This document shows positions 1 through 14,777 of a stretch of 64,000 nucleotides of DNA, piece after piece; within the stretch, counting starts at the first letter, position 1; each line of letters opens with the position of its first letter. The position numbers were made by a program, and so were the translations under genes. This stretch comes from Octopus sinensis. Lineage: Eukaryota. Below the pieces are notes generated by a model. It had not been told where the DNA came from. It saw nothing but the letters and a program-made list of their open reading frames with translations, and did not search any database. The stretch covers positions 96,348,001-96,412,000 of the forward strand of contig NC_043000.1 in assembly GCF_006345805.1 (NCBI RefSeq), given 5' to 3'.

Positions 1-754
1 TTTCCAGAATCACACCTATCCCCATTCTTGAAGACTAGTAATTTTAGCTTTCTTCAGTTCCTTGGATATATCTTATATGGCTTGCTAATAAAAAGATGAA
101 AATTAACTCCTTTGACCTCAGAAGTGATTCTATTATCTCTTTGATGACCCTTCAGGTCTAGGAGAGTTGTACCTCTTCAATGTAATTGTGTGTTTTATCT
201 CCATAGTTAATAAATTAGTACCTTGTAGGGTATTTCTATCAGGTTCTTTTGTGGACACACTACTAAAAAATCCTGTGGGTACTTCAGCATTTTATTGTTG
301 TTAATTATTTATGTCACACCCATGCCATTCCTATACAGCTCACTTAATCAGGATTTGTTTTGTTCTGTTTGTCTTCAAATATATTTTTAGAATATTTGAA
401 GATTTGTCATGTTTAGGCATATGTCAATTTGGGTTTGACATCTTGAATCATTTCCTATAACAACCTCTCTGCTCTTTTGATTTTGTACAGTGTAAAGATT
501 GTCTCTTTTTTCTCAACCAGAGTTGCCTTGAGTTCATCACCATTCTTTTAAATTTCTTTCTTAAGGTTTTCTCTTATTTTAGCTACATCTCATTTCATTT
601 TCTCAATTTTGTTGTTAGTTGCACCTTCAAAAAAAAAACCCCAGATCCTCTTCGATTTTATTGTCACTCTGTTAAGTAGTTTGCACTAAGATGCAATTGT
701 AAAACACTTTAAAATTGTGAATCAACTTAAAACCCTATCAATACTTGCAATTGA

Positions 755-931
<177 letters not shown>

Positions 932-1903
932 TAGCTCTGTCACTTTATTAGTACGATCTACATGTGTGACAGGTTAGTCATCTGTGTACTGTGAGGTAAT
1001 ATACAATACTACATTTCCATTTGTGAATTTTCATGTCAGATAATGCTTGATATTTCTTTTTCTCATTATCGTTTATCAAATCATCATCCTTTAACATTTG
1101 TTTTCCATGTTGACATGGGTTGAGCAGTTTGACCAGAGCTGGCAAGCCAGAAAGCTACACTAGGTTTCAGTCTGATTTGGCTTGGTTTCTATAGCTGGAT
1201 GCCCTTCCTAATGCCAAGCATTTTACAGTCTGTGTTGGGTGCATTTAATGTGGCACCGGTATGAGCACATTTACATGACATTGACACAGGATACTTGCAG
1301 GCCAAGAGTACTTTAAAGGTTATAGTTCTAGCAACTATTTTCATTTTCTTTCTATTTTCTAAAATACTGTTTTACATCCACTTTTCCATGCTAGCGCAGC
1401 AATAGATTTTGTTGCAACAATTTTTTTTTAACAACTGGATACCTTTCCTGTTGCTAACCACTCAGCTGTATAGTCAGTATGGGATCTATTAACAGTTAAG
1501 CAGTTATATATCATCTCTACATTACAATACATTACCTGTAATTGTCAGCTCAGTTGATAGTCATATTGGTTACCTTACTAGGCAAACTGAGGCAAGCAGT
1601 ATGATGAGCTTTACCCAGAAACATAACACAATAGGTGTAGTAAAATTTTAAATAATGGTCATGTACTCAGTAGTTAAGCACCTTTACCTCACACCCCATC
1701 TACTTGTACTGTTTTACCTTCTTATTAATTTTGTTTTTATCTCTTACTAAATTTACTAACCTTAATATTCTGTCTTATGCTATTCTGCTATATAAAATGA
1801 CCTTCAGTATTGTTTTAGGAACTCAGAGTTTTGCCTGGATTGACACTTTTTCTTTTTTTTTTTATCCTTTGCAACTGATAAAATAAATATCACTAACATA
1901 CTA

Positions 1904-2159
1904 GTGGAGGCACATGGCTTAGTGGTTAGGGTGTCAGCGTCATGATCGTAAGATTGTGGTTTCGATTCCTGGACCAGGCGATGCATTGTGTTCTTTAGCA
2001 AAATACTTCATTTCACGTTGCTCCAGTCCACTCAGCTGGCAAAAATGAGTATCGCTGCAATGGACTGGCATCCCATCCAGCTGCGGAACACATACACCAT
2101 GGAAACCGGGCCCATGAGCCTGGCTAGGCTTTAAAAGGGCGCATTTATTTATTATTATT
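1904..2159 (+). mobile_element. tRNA-headed SINE, family A
   Basis: A box TGGCTTAGTGG and B box GGTTTCGATTCC; (TTA)n tail; TSD actaacatacta at 1892-1903 and 2160-2171; near-identical copy at 42768-43010. Confidence 0.85.
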
Positions 2160-2284
2160 ACTAACATACTATAAATACTACATGTACAACATTGATTTTC
2201 TGGCTCCTCTGATTTCAAAGCCTTTCCAGATTATTGATTTTGCTGAACCAAGGGTGTTCATTTTGGTCTACACACCTTAAATTA

Positions 2285-2543
2285 AACAAACCTGTGTCGG
2301 TGGCACATAAAAAACACCATCCGAGCGTGGCCGTTCGCCAGCCTCGTCTGGCACCTGTGTCGGTGGCACATAAAATCACCCACTACACTCTCGGAGTGGT
2401 TGGCGTTAGGAAGGGCATCCAGCTGTAGAAACACTGCCAGATCTGACTGGCCTGGTGCAGCCTTCGGGCTCCCCAGACCCCAGTTGAACCGTCCAACCCA
2501 TGCTAGCATGGAAAGCGGACGTTAAATGATGATGATGATGATG
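2285..2543 (+). mobile_element. RTE 3'-UTR-type short element with (GAT)n tail
   Basis: Ends ccgtccaacccatgctagcatggaaagcggacgttaaa(tga)n, matching the 3' end of the RTE LINE at 59112-59400. Confidence 0.8.
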
Positions 2544-2871
2544 TAGATTACTATATATTATACTAGGTTATTAATACTGTACTGTGCAAGATACCAGTAA
2601 ACTAGTTTGGCAACCATGGGATTTTGAAGTTCTTGCTTGTAAATTAGTGCAGATTATAAGAGGTTCTGGACCATCATAGTTTGGGAAATCGTTTTTTTTT
2701 TACCTGTACTTGAATTCAATAAAAGTTGCAGTTCTTAATCCCTCTTGTGTTGCGGTTGGTAGAAATAAAGATAAAAATAGATTTTTAATGTAATACATCT
2801 AATTAGGAAAATCATTAATGATGGCATCATTATGTTTCAGAGTTTAAAAAAAAATTCTTTTACATTTTCAG

Positions 2872-3004
2872 CATCCAATGGTGTAGTTTTGGCCACTGAG
2901 AAAAAACAAAAATCTATCTTGTATGAAGAACATAGCATTCATAAAGTTGAATGCTTGACTAAGAATATTGGAATGGTTTACAGTGGAATGGGTCCTGACT
3001 ATAG
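2872..3004 (+). CDS. PSMA2: PSMA2 exon 3
   Basis: ttttcag|CATCC...TATAG|gtaaat; [45 protein letters not shown]; phases match neighbouring exons. Confidence 0.97.
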
Positions 3005-3158
3005 GTAAATATTCACAGTATCAGCTCCTCTTAAGTTCTTTAATCTTAAAGAATTCACTTTTCAGCTAGATTTCCATAAAAAGATACAATTCACTTATCT
3101 TCAGCAAGTTTTTCTGTTCTGCTGATAACGTAACCAACTGTGAGACTTCCACAACTAA

Positions 3159-3434
<276 letters not shown>

Positions 3435-5124
3435 TAAGTAAATTTAACTTTCGTGGTAAACTTATAAAACACTATAAATTACGTCAAAAAAATTTTTCCT
3501 TTTTTTTCACATACATTTTAATATGCTTGTATTAGTGAGGTTGGTCTGTTGGAGTAATTATTTTTTTTTTCATAGCTTGAATCAGTTGGTGAATCCCATA
3601 CTTCAGTTGACGAGGCTTTATATGCAATAATGTACTGAGTTGTCTCCCGTGCTTCCGAAGCTAGAAGCAATGTTAGCTAATTCTTAACATTTTTACTTAC
3701 TTTGAGCAATTAACCTTATGATATCATAAGCATTTGTAATCCTTTCTGCTAAAGACACCAGGCTTGAAATTTGTAGGGAGGGGACTTGTTGATTATAGTG
3801 ATCCCAGCACTAGTTTGGTACTTATTTCATCGACCCCGAAAGGACAAATTTGTAGCATTTGTAATAATAAAATTCGCTTTTTTTAGATAATTTTTGCAAA
3901 CTTAAGTAAACAGAATTATGTACTTTATTCAGGGAACAAAATAACAGTCAACATAGTTAAATATGAACTTCTAAACATGTTAGTAGTCAAATACTTCAAC
4001 CTTGTAACTGTTGTGTTTCTTGATAAAAATAGAATAATATTATTGATAATTGTTTATTTGTAGTAAAGATTGTTTGCCAACATAACATGGCAGTCCTGGT
4101 TTAGGACGAATGTTGCTGTAATTTAGCCTCAAGAGACATCGTCCCCTGCTGGCTATACGACACGATCTGTGTCCTTATATTTTCGAACAAGGGAATCTAG
4201 CACTCCCACTTGTTTATTTATTTATAATTTAAGAGATATAACATTTAGTTTGTTCCCTGTACACTAGGTACTACCTTTCAACCTACAAAGGTCAAAAAAT
4301 AAAGGTGTTAGTGGTGTATTATGTCAATTTAGTTAACTACATCCCCCACATCAAACATTTGTCAAATTACTGTTGATGGAAGTTCTCTGTAACACACAGC
4401 AGGCAATGCAATAATTTCATAATCCATATTCTTGCCTGGTGCCATGTAAAAAATACCCAGGCCACTCTGTAAGGTGGTTGGTGTTAGGAAGGGCCTTCAG
4501 CTGTAAAATCTATGCCAAAACAGACAGTGAAGCCTGCTGCAGTCTCCTGCTTAGCCAGCTCCTGTCAAGCCGTCCAACCCATGCCAGCATGGAAAATGGA
4601 TGTCAAATGATGATGATGTGTAAATATGTGTTATTTCACATTTTAAAGTTTAAATTTTTCATATTTCTCTGACATCAATAAAATAAACTACTATCTTGTT
4701 CTGACAATGCTTTATAATCTATTTCCTCTTCCTGAAAAAAAGGTGTCACTAGGCATAGTAGATTATTATTATTATTGCTGCTCTTTTGAAGATGCAATAA
4801 ATATACAAAATAAGGTACGAGATTTCTGATGTGTGCATTGTAAACTTTTTTTGAGTACCTGGCCATGGCCAACTATGTGATATTTTATATTTTTAGTACT
4901 ATTATTGATTGGGTAAATAAAGTACAGGGTTTTAGGCATTTTTTAAAAAGAAATTCTGTTAATTAAGTTAACTCCAACCAGTAATTGTTTGCATTGTTTC
5001 ATAGCATTTTTAACAATACAAAACAAATAACATATTGGCTTGTCACCATTATCATTTTGTGTCTGCTTTTCCATGTTTTTATAATAATGATTATTTGCTT
5101 ATCTTAAACTGTTTTTTGTTGTAG

Positions 5125-5212
5125 AGGTGTTCGTCCATTTGGTGTTTCTCTTCTGGTAGCTGGCTGGGATGAAGATGAGCAGAAGCCATATTTATATCAA
5201 TGTGATCCTTCA
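5125..5212 (+). CDS. PSMA2: PSMA2 exon 5
   Basis: ttgtag|AGGT...CCTTCA|gtaagt; [29 protein letters not shown]. Confidence 0.97.
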
Positions 5213-6072
5213 GTAAGTTTTTAACATATTCTATTACTGATTTTAGTTACTGCACTGTAGCTGTGCTAAGATGCTGCCTTCAAGGATATGGTTGATTGTA
5301 CTAATCCTGATATTTATTTTATTGGTCTTGAAAGGACAAAGTAAACTTGGGCAAGATTTGAACTCAAAATGTAAAACAACATAACCAAATACAAGGTATT
5401 TTGCCCAACTTATTTACTGATTATGTCACCCACTCATCATAATTCTTACAGAGTGACCCGAGGCTTACAGCATTTGGGTCACTCAAAGCAGTCACCCATC
5501 AAAGTACTAATCAAGTGTTCAACTGAGAATCTGTATTTTCAGTAATTATTGTCTTCTTCAATTTTACGAATTTTATCATTGTTTTACACCTAATTTTTCC
5601 ATGCTGGCACAAATTGGATGGGTAGAGCTGTGTTTGTTTGGTTAAGAAGTTCACTTCCCAATCATGTAATTTTAGGTTTAGTCCCACTGCATGGCATCTT
5701 GGGCAAGTGCCTTCCCCTGTGACCTCAAGCCAACATAATCCTTGTGAATGGATCTGATTGGCAGAAACTGTAAGAAGCATCTGTTGTATATATCTATGTA
5801 AATGTGTCTGTGTGTGTCTTTGTCACCATTATACAAGTAGTATCACTGGTTTTTTTGTCTTCAGTGGAAACATGTCTGGCCATAAGGAAGATATTAGCTT
5901 GCTTGAAAGCAGGTGAAGATTGGTAGCAGGAAGGGCATCAAACACTAGAATTAAGCATAGAAAAGTGGATATTAAAATGATGATGAAGAGATTGAATGGG
6001 TTTGTTCTAGCAGAAGGCCTCATCTCTTGTTATAGTCCTTCATTACCGGTGATGATATTACTTGCATGATAA

Positions 6073-6270
6073 GGCACTGAGCTGGCAGAACTGTTAAGAT
6101 GCTGGGCAAAATGCTTAGTGGCATTTTGTCTGTCCTTATGTTCTGAGATCAGCTGTCTCTTATTCTTTTGAGGTCAATGAAGTAAGTACTGTCAAGCACT
6201 TGGGGTCGATGTAATCGACTTCCCCTTCCCCTCTGAAATTGCTGACCTTGTGCCAAAATTTGTGACTGAT
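6073..6270 (+). mobile_element. SINE family B, diverged copy
   Basis: gagctggcagaactgtta...atgcttagtggc head and ggggtcgatgtaatcgact body shared with many copies in the window. Confidence 0.65.
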
Positions 6271-6417
6271 GTTACTTGCATAATAATTATACAGATATAA
6301 TCATATTCATTTATGAAGACCTGCATCAGGGAAGGTGTTATTTTCTGTCACAGAAAACACATTCTCATAGTTCATTCATTTATATTATGAATTATGTCTA
6401 GAGCATAAACTAAACAT

Positions 6418-6617
6418 TTACCCTTCTGTTACCATATTTCTGTTGAAATACACTGCCTTTGTTTTAGTTAATTTTGAAAATAAGGAAATTTAGTAAAATA
6501 ACTTTTTTGTTAACATGGAAGTTTGATAAGAGGGTTTAATTTAGATCACATTAAAATAGGGAATTTATATAATAGAATTAGAGGTGGTCCCAGTCAGGTT
6601 GGTCTCAAAAGGGTTAA
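6418..6617. mobile_element. piggyBac-like MITE, family 2
   Basis: Ends resemble ttaaCCCTT...AAGGGttaa; related copies at about 9911-10081 and 30786-31013. Confidence 0.55.
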
Positions 6618-7241
6618 TGGCAATAAACGTTCTCAGGTTTTCATATTTTATCTTACTGCAATTTTATTAATTTACTTATAATTACTAGCATGCATTTTTT
6701 ATACTAATATGAGCAATGGTTTTAGTTAAAGCAATTATTGTACAGATATATACCATATTTATTGCTAACTACAGATGCAAGCTTAGTGGGGTGGTCAAGT
6801 TCATTTCACAATTATGTGGTTTCAGGATCTATTCCATCATCCCTTAGTGTGGTTCCTTGGGCAAGTATCTTCTACTGTGATACTATAGACCAAAGCTATA
6901 GTATTCTTAATTTTTACCATACATTATAAAATTGGCTCTCTGACCCCAGAATAAGACATCTACTGAAAGTGATAAGTGAGAGTAGATAACATGTGAACGA
7001 AAGGAGCAGGAAACAATTCCAAAAGAAGGAGTTAATGAATTGTCTTCCCTTCATTGTTTTAAACTCAATGACAAATAAACCAAGGATGAGAGAAAGACAA
7101 ATGTTCTCGCATTTTAATGTATTTGCTTATCCTTTTTTGTGTTATATTGTATATTCTATTTTCATGCTCTTAAATGTGATGTATGAAGGAAAAAACATAT
7201 CAGTATTGTTGGGCTGTATGCTATTAGCAACCTCATAATTA

Positions 7242-8132
7242 TGAGGTGGTATCAAAAAGTTCCCAGACTAGTTATGTTTAAGAAAGAATAACTTATTTAC
7301 CTCAAGTTTTAACATCATCTCCTTCGAAATAGTCACCTTGCACAGCAGTACACCAGTCCCAGTGTTCCTGCCACTTTTGGAATCTAGCCTGGAAGTCATT
7401 TTCTGTAAGCAAGTCAAGGACCTTCTGCAATTCACTTTTGATCTCAACAATGGTGTTAAAATGGTGACCCTTGAGCTGCATTTTCATCTTGGGGAAGAGC
7501 TGAAAGTCTGCAAGTGCTAAATCTGGCAAATAGGACAGGTGTGCAAGTGATACCATGCTGGTTTTCATGAGAAACTCATGAGTGAGTAGAGCTCAGTGAC
7601 AGAGTGCACTGTCATCATGAAGAATCTAATCCTTCGTGCTCCACAGATCCAGTTACTTTCTCTGAATTTCCTTCCTCAAATGCTTCAAAATGTCTTAGAA
7701 GAACTCTCAGTTGATAGTCTGGTCCTAGTGGGCAAATTCTCAATGCATAATATTGCGGATGTAGCAAAAAACGATGATCATCCTCTTGATTGAGCTGCAA
7801 CTGTCATGCCTTATGAAACATTGAGGATGACCCATTGCCTCATCGCCATAGGCTTGCCAACGCATGCTCAATGTCTCTGTAGCAGACTTTCCAAGTTTAA
7901 GAACCAAATTTCACGTTGGTTCTTTGTTCCTGTCTCTGACAAACTTGCTGACTACAACATACATGTCATCACAAAAACACAAATTTCACAACTTGCATAG
8001 TAAACACAGTGACGTCACTTGATACATTGCCTTATAAAGGTTCACTGCTTGCTCTCTTTGCACACACAGCCATGTGCTGCCATCTATTGGTGTGCTACAG
8101 AACCAGTTTGGGAACTTTCTGATACCAACTTA
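7242..8132 (-). mobile_element. Internally deleted mariner (Tc1/mariner) element
   Basis: TA TSDs (7240-41, 8133-34); TIRs tgaggtggtatcaaaaagttcccagactagtt / aaccagtttgggaactttctgataccaactta; remnants of the N-terminal HTH (EQRTNVKF..LGKSATETL) and of the YSPDLAP-like C-terminus (YLPDLALADFQLFPKMK..GDYFEGD). Confidence 0.9.
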
Positions 8133-8162
8133 TATGATATCTCTTGTGTCAAATGTATTTAA

Positions 8163-8668
<506 letters not shown>

Positions 8669-9172
8669 TTTTAAATAAAGAGATATTTTTTGTTATACTT
8701 TCAAAACTGTTTTTTTGGTTTAAAGAGAATTTGAGTCTTGTGCAAACTACATTGAACAAGAATTATTATATGTGTGATGTAGCTGTGTCGCCACTTACAA
8801 CTCTCTTTTTTTTTTGTAACACACATACACTGATTGACTTTAGAAGAGGTATCAGACATTGAAATATCAAATTTCACATATCTGATATATATTATTGAAG
8901 TGATATATTGATAGCTCTTACTGGGCTATCTTTATAACTTACCACACACCTAGAAATAATGACTCTAAGAAAACACCAATAAGAAGTTTAGTGTGTTGGT
9001 TGTTATAATTATTATCTTTATAATCATGTTTGACACCATTTATATCTCAAAAGCTGTAATGTTTTTTGATAACCATTTCAGAAATCTTCTAACAAGTTTT
9101 TGAGAAATATTGTCTGTTATCATATCTGGACTGTTTAATTTTTGATTAAATTGATGTTTATTCTGCTTGTAG

Positions 9173-9347
9173 GTATAATGAAAATTTGGAACTTGAAGAT
9201 GCTGTGCACACAGCTATTTTAACATTGAAGGAAAGCTTTGAGGGGCAGATGACAGAAAGCAACATAGAAATTGGAATCTGTAATGCTCAAGGTTTCCGGC
9301 GCCTTGAACCATCTGAAGTCAAAGACTATCTTGCTTCAGTATCCTAA
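9173..9347 (+). CDS. PSMA2: PSMA2 terminal coding exon
   Basis: cttgtag|GTAT...TCCTAA; [57 protein letters not shown]. Confidence 0.97.
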
Positions 9348-9469
9348 TTTGTTACTCTTCTTCGCTGTTCTTCATTCTACTTTATTCTGTATCTAATGAT
9401 CAAAACATCTCGGCGGGCCAACTATCAATAGTGAAATGTCTTAATATCAGCTATTTTGATGTTTATTGA

Positions 9470-9475
9470 AATAAA
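9470..9475 (+). terminator. Probable PSMA2 polyadenylation signal
   Basis: AATAAA 123 nt after the stop codon, followed by T-rich sequence. Confidence 0.65.
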
Positions 9476-11489
9476 CCTTACACTTATCACATCTTGTCTA
9501 TTTTCATTATTTTTAAATCAAATTCTTATCAGTTCTATTTGAATGTAAATTTTTTTTTATTTTTGAAGAAAAGAAAAAAAATTGTTTCTTATTAATCAAA
9601 CATGGGCTCATTTCTTTAAAGTTGTGTCATGTGAAATGCATTCGTGCCGGTGCCTTGTAAAATGTACTTGTGTCGGCAGCATTTAAAAGCACCCAGCACA
9701 CTGTGAAATGCTTGGCATTAGGAAGGACATCCAGCCATAGAAACCAGGCCAAAACAGACAATTGGAGCCTGGACAGCTATCTTGGCTGGCCAGCTTCTGT
9801 CAAAACGTCCAAGCCATGCCAGCATGGAAAACAGATGTTAAGCAAATGATGATGCTGATTAAGATATTTTTAAATGTAAATTAATATATTCATTAGCAAT
9901 AGTATTAGATTAACCCTTTTAATACCAGTCCCTCTGGTATTCCTGAAATTCTATGTCAATTTATGATTCAGACACCAGCTTGATAATTATAAAAGCATTT
10001 TATAAATACTTCGTAATTTTCAAAATATATTGAATCAAAATCAGTGTATTTCAACAGATATATGACAACAAAAGGATTAAAATATTGGTATATATAACAA
10101 TGTATAGACATACATGGAACAGTATTAGCTGTAATATTTTGTCATGGAGAAATTTCTCAAAGAGACTTGTGTGTTTAAAAAGCAGGTATTGGCTCAGAAT
10201 GCAAGTAGATTGTTGTGACGAATACCTCAGACATTCTGAGGTAAACTGAAAATGATATAGAAATTGGTTAATGAGGTAAGAGAAACAGCAGGTAAATCTC
10301 TCAAAGTACAATATACTGTCTTATAAAAATTAGAATATATTAGAAAATATAGTATTAAAAAAATTACATCTGAAGAGGTAGGGTGGTTATGGTTGGAAAG
10401 CCTTAGATCATAAGTCTTCTCAGTCAAGATTAACCTGCAGGCTAATAAATGACAACAACTGGTTGATGGATAAGTAGACTGTACTTGTCAGCTGTGATTC
10501 TGTTCTCTTTCTCATTCTCTGTTTTCCTCTCTCTTTCTCTCCTTCATTTACATGCTTTGTAATATTTATGTTATTATTCAAGTTGTGTCATAATTAGAGG
10601 GACCTTCATCCAGCCATTATCATCATCATCCTTTTGTATGGCTTGGATGGAGTTTATTAAGGCAGCTTTTCTATGGCCAGTTGCTCTTCCTGTTGCCAAC
10701 CCTTGTTTTAAAGCAAGGTAATATTTCCCCATGCCTAGACATGTTTTCTGCAAAATATTGGAAATGAATGACATTTCTTAACATGACTGTAGCAATCACA
10801 ACTATTGTCAAATCAAGGTTACACACACATTGCGCCACCAAGGTATGTGGCACATTGCTGTACTTAAGAGGACCTGCCCACCATAACAGAATTGGTATCT
10901 GAAAATGAAGCTGCCATGTAAAAAGCATCAGTGTGGGTGCTGGTGCCATGTAAAAAGCACCTGTGCTGGAGTCACACGAAAAGCACTGGTGATGGTGCCA
11001 CATAAAAAGCACCCAGTACATTCTGTGAAATAGTTGGCATTAGGAAGGTCTTCCAGCTGTAGAAACCAAACCAAAGCACACTATGGAACCTGGTGTGACT
11101 CCTGGACTTGCCAGTTCCTGTCAAGCCATCTAACCCATGCCAGCATAGAAAATGGATGTTAAATGTGGATGATGATATTACACACAGTGGGTTTCTTTCA
11201 TCTTCTGTCTACCAAGTCCTCTCAATAAGGTTTTGGTGGGTTTCAGGCTACTTGCCCATGATGCTATACAGTGAGACTGAACCTGAAATCATGTTGATTA
11301 AGAATCAAACCTCTTAACCATACATCTACACTTGTGCCTCCAGTATTCAAGTGAAAAAAGGCAAAAAAAACCCAGATGGGATATATAAAGCTCTGCTTAA
11401 TAAGAACATTGTTGAATGGTGATTAAAAATGAGTGAATTGTTAAGTGGTGGAGTCATTAGAGTATAAGACAAAATGCTTTATATTTATT

Positions 11490-11975
11490 CACCAGTATGC
11501 AACTGGTACTTAATTTATCAACCCTGACAGAATGAAAGGCAAAGTTGACCATAGCAGAATTTGAACTCAAGGACAGACAAAATACCTATTTCTTTACTAC
11601 CCACAGAGAGAACAAACAAGGACAAACGGATTAAGTCAATTACATTGACCCAATGCGTAACTGGTACTTAATTTAACGACCCCGAAAGGATGAAAGGTAA
11701 AGTCAACCTCGGCGGAATTTGAACTCAGAATGTAGCGGCAGATGAAATACCTATTTCTTTACTACCCACAAGGGGCTAAACACAGAGAGGACAGACAAAT
11801 GGATTAAGTCGATTATATCAACCCCAGTGCATAACTGGTACTTATTTAATCAACCCTAAAAGGATGAAAGGCAAAGTCGACCTCGGTGGAATTTGAACTC
11901 AGAACGTAGCGGCAGACGAAATACCGCTTAGCATTTCGCCTGGCGTGCTAACGATTCTGCCAGCTTGCCGCCTTG
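11490..11975 (-). mobile_element. Three tandem SINE family B copies
   Basis: Repeated gaccccgaaaggatgaaaggcaaagtcgacctcggcggaatttgaactcagaac units ending in ...gccagcttgccgcct (tRNA-like head on - strand). Confidence 0.85.
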
Positions 11976-12339
11976 TTCTATGTGAATAATGTCTGGATAT
12001 TCTGATACCATGAGTTATTTTGATTGACAAAACTGAGATGTAAACAACAGCTGCTTCAATTAGCCATTTCAAATCCTACTCAAAACTGACACACTTCAAT
12101 AACCACTAAATAATCAGACACTTTTTCCATTTCATTTTTGCTATTAACCATCCTTGTGACCCCCTTTGTGTCTGATCACTCTTAGCAGACGGCTGGATCA
12201 ATAGTTATGATATTTTTGAGGATTACAAAGACTGTCGTCAGGAAGATTTTTAGCATAAAAAAATCGGCATGTATGATTATTTCGTGGATATCAATTTTTG
12301 AATTGATAAATCACCTTCGCATTTTTATTAAAAATTCAC

Positions 12340-14500
12340 CAACCGCGAGTAACTCTGGATTTTCATCATATAGCTCATGGTAGTGCAGGGCTTGGAATTT
12401 TTCAGCATTAAACTGCATATTTTTATCCTCAGTCCATCTGTAAATTGAGTTCAACTCCTGCTGCAGGTGTGCAACATTGCTGGGGTTCTGTATTTTCTGC
12501 GAGACTTTCGTATAATCTGTGTAGCTAGCAAGGGTGGCTATCTGGGCAGTTAAAGGTATATCTGAGAAGGTCACTATGAAAAGCAGTGGTCCCAAGATAG
12601 TGCCCTGTGGAACACCGCTCACTATTTGTGTTTTCATTGAAGTGGCTCCATTGGCCTGGCTTTTATATTTCAGAAGGTCATGTAACCACACTCCAAGTTT
12701 TCCAGCTATGCCAAGATCATGCAGTTTGTGGCATATCATACCATGATCCTCTTTATCAAAAGCTTTTGCAGAATCAAGGTATATCACATCTACATTTGAG
12801 TTATTGAGTAACTGCCTCAACACCCAGTCATAGTGCTGTAAGAGCTGGGTCAGGCAACTCCTACCTGGTTGAAAGCCATGCTGGGTATCACTCAGCAAGT
12901 CATTTTCTTCAAGGAATGCAATTAGTGTCCCTCTGACTATCCATTCCATGACTTTGCTGATGTCTGAAGTTAGAGAGATAAGCCTATAGTTTTTGGCATC
13001 TGCTCTGCTTCCCCCTTTTTGGATTGGGCACATTATTCCCTCCTTCAGTTTGCTTGGCAGCCTGCCATTTGCAGAGAATCTGTAGAGGTTTTGCCAGGGC
13101 ATGCTTACACAATTTGAGGAGGATTGCTGGGAAATTATCAGGATCAGCAGTAGAGTTTGTGCCCACCTCATCTATGGCTAGTAGTATATCTTCTTCGCTA
13201 ATGTCGATATAATCCATTCTAACTGCCTCACTGGTTATAGGTGAGGCTGCAAAGAAATCCCCTGGTTCATTCACTAGTCTGTGTTCCAACGGAGTGGTAA
13301 AGACACTTTTGAACTGGTCATTCAGTGCCTCACTGATCCTGGACTATCTGTGAAGGAACCATCCTTTTGGAAGAGGGGTCCTATCTTGCAGCATACTGAG
13401 GCTGTTTCTTTTGCATTATGAGAGAAGGCCTTTGGGTTTGACTTAATATTTTTTATAATGCTGGCTTCTTTGTCTGTTCTCTCCCTCACATGGGATTGTT
13501 GCAGGATTTTTTCAATCTCCATCTGTGTTGTTTATAGGAAGGACCTTTCGCTATTTTTGGAATGTTGGTTGAAGTGATTTGCAACTTTCATCCATTGTCT
13601 CATGAGGATATTCCTCTCCCTTGGAAACTTGTTCCTTTTTGTGTTGGCCTTGTGACATATTTCTGGCATATGGTTTGCATAACAGACATGAAATATTCTA
13701 GTTTCATGCCAATGTCTGGTGTGGAGAGACATTTCAGTCGGTCCTGTCTGAGGATCTCTTTTTGGATTGATTTCCAGTCTGCTTCAGGGAAGTTTAGATT
13801 GGAGAGATTTTGGGTGCTTCCTTTAGGCTGTATGTCTCTGGCTACTTTCGGCCCAAACATAGACAGCTCTATTATGTTGTGATCCGTGACTAATGTTGGC
13901 GTCACTTTCACATCATGAACAATGTTCATATTGTTTGTGAAGCAGAGATCCAAAATGTTATTTGCCCTAGTGGATCTGAGAATAACTTGCTCCATGAATA
14001 GGGCATTGGTGAGGTTGAGCAGGGACTCCACATGTGATTGTTTGCAATGAGTCATTCCTGAGAGTATGAGGCCTTTGGGCCATTTGACATTGGGGAAGTT
14101 GAAATCACCATAAGAAATACACTCATGTGGTGTTCCAGTTTCATGAGGATTTCTTTAATTCTTGTGAGGCAATCTTCAAAATTGGCTATGTAGTTTGGAG
14201 CATCTGGTGGGTGATATGTATTGCATATGACTATATTGTGTTGTCTTATGTATACAATTAGAATGTCACATACTAAATTTGAGTATAACAGTAAGACCTG
14301 GGGTTTGAGGTCATTACGGATGTATACAGCAACTCTACTATGGCTCCTTTCCCTTCTGTCTGTTCGCAGTATGGTATATTTTTGTATGTGTAATTCTGCA
14401 TCCTCTATATCAGGACTCAGATGAGCTTCCATGAGTGCTATGCATAGGGCTTGATTGCATGCAGCAAGGTCTCTCAGGAAAAAAATTTGCTTTTGTTGTT
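12340..14500 (-). mobile_element. Decayed CR1-clade LINE (APE endonuclease plus reverse transcriptase), truncated at both ends
   Basis: Frameshifted ORFs 14052-14432 (CIAL.E.HL, GG-like VAVYIR), 13600-14055 (NILDLCFTN..DHNII), 12984-13289 and 12311-13171 (NYRLISLTS, QHGF..GRSCLTQLL, YLD..KAFDK, SGVPQGTILGPLLF, YTD-type YADD). Confidence 0.9.
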
Positions 14501-14574
14501 ATGATGCAACAGGCTCCCAATATTTAGTAAAAATATTGGTGTGACGACTGTGCAGGTGTTAGGGGAGGCCATTC

Positions 14575-14775
14575 TGTGTTTGAACATGAAAAAGAAGAAG
14601 AACTTGAAGAATTGCCTGAAAGATGCTTCTCTGCAAAAAAGCTAAAATGAAGCATTTCTTCACATTGAAAAAGCAATTGAAATCTTTGACCAGCAAGATG
14701 CCAAATTTGAAAGAAGCCTCAATAGACTCCATCTGACCCAGGCAAGCATGAAAAAGTGACAATAAAATGATGATG
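14575..14775 (+). mobile_element. Tigger/pogo transposase C-terminal fragment
   Basis: EEELEELPERCFSAKKL/NEAFLHIEKAIEIFDQQDAKFERS resembles the Tigger1-type C-terminus; one frameshift. Confidence 0.5.
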
Positions 14776-14777
14776 CA

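Noticed and set aside
1906-1980. tRNA-like sequence with A and B boxes (also 42768, 25645, 38405, 57239)
   Set aside because: No complete cloverleaf; continues into SINE body and tail with a TSD, so a SINE head rather than a tRNA gene
3601-3640. cttcag TTGACGA ggc tttata tgc aataat GTA ctgag, a hammerhead-like trace
   Set aside because: GAAA is absent and stem II is incomplete; too degenerate to support
10369-10412. CTGAAGA...GAAAG spacing
   Set aside because: No convincing stem I, II or III pairing
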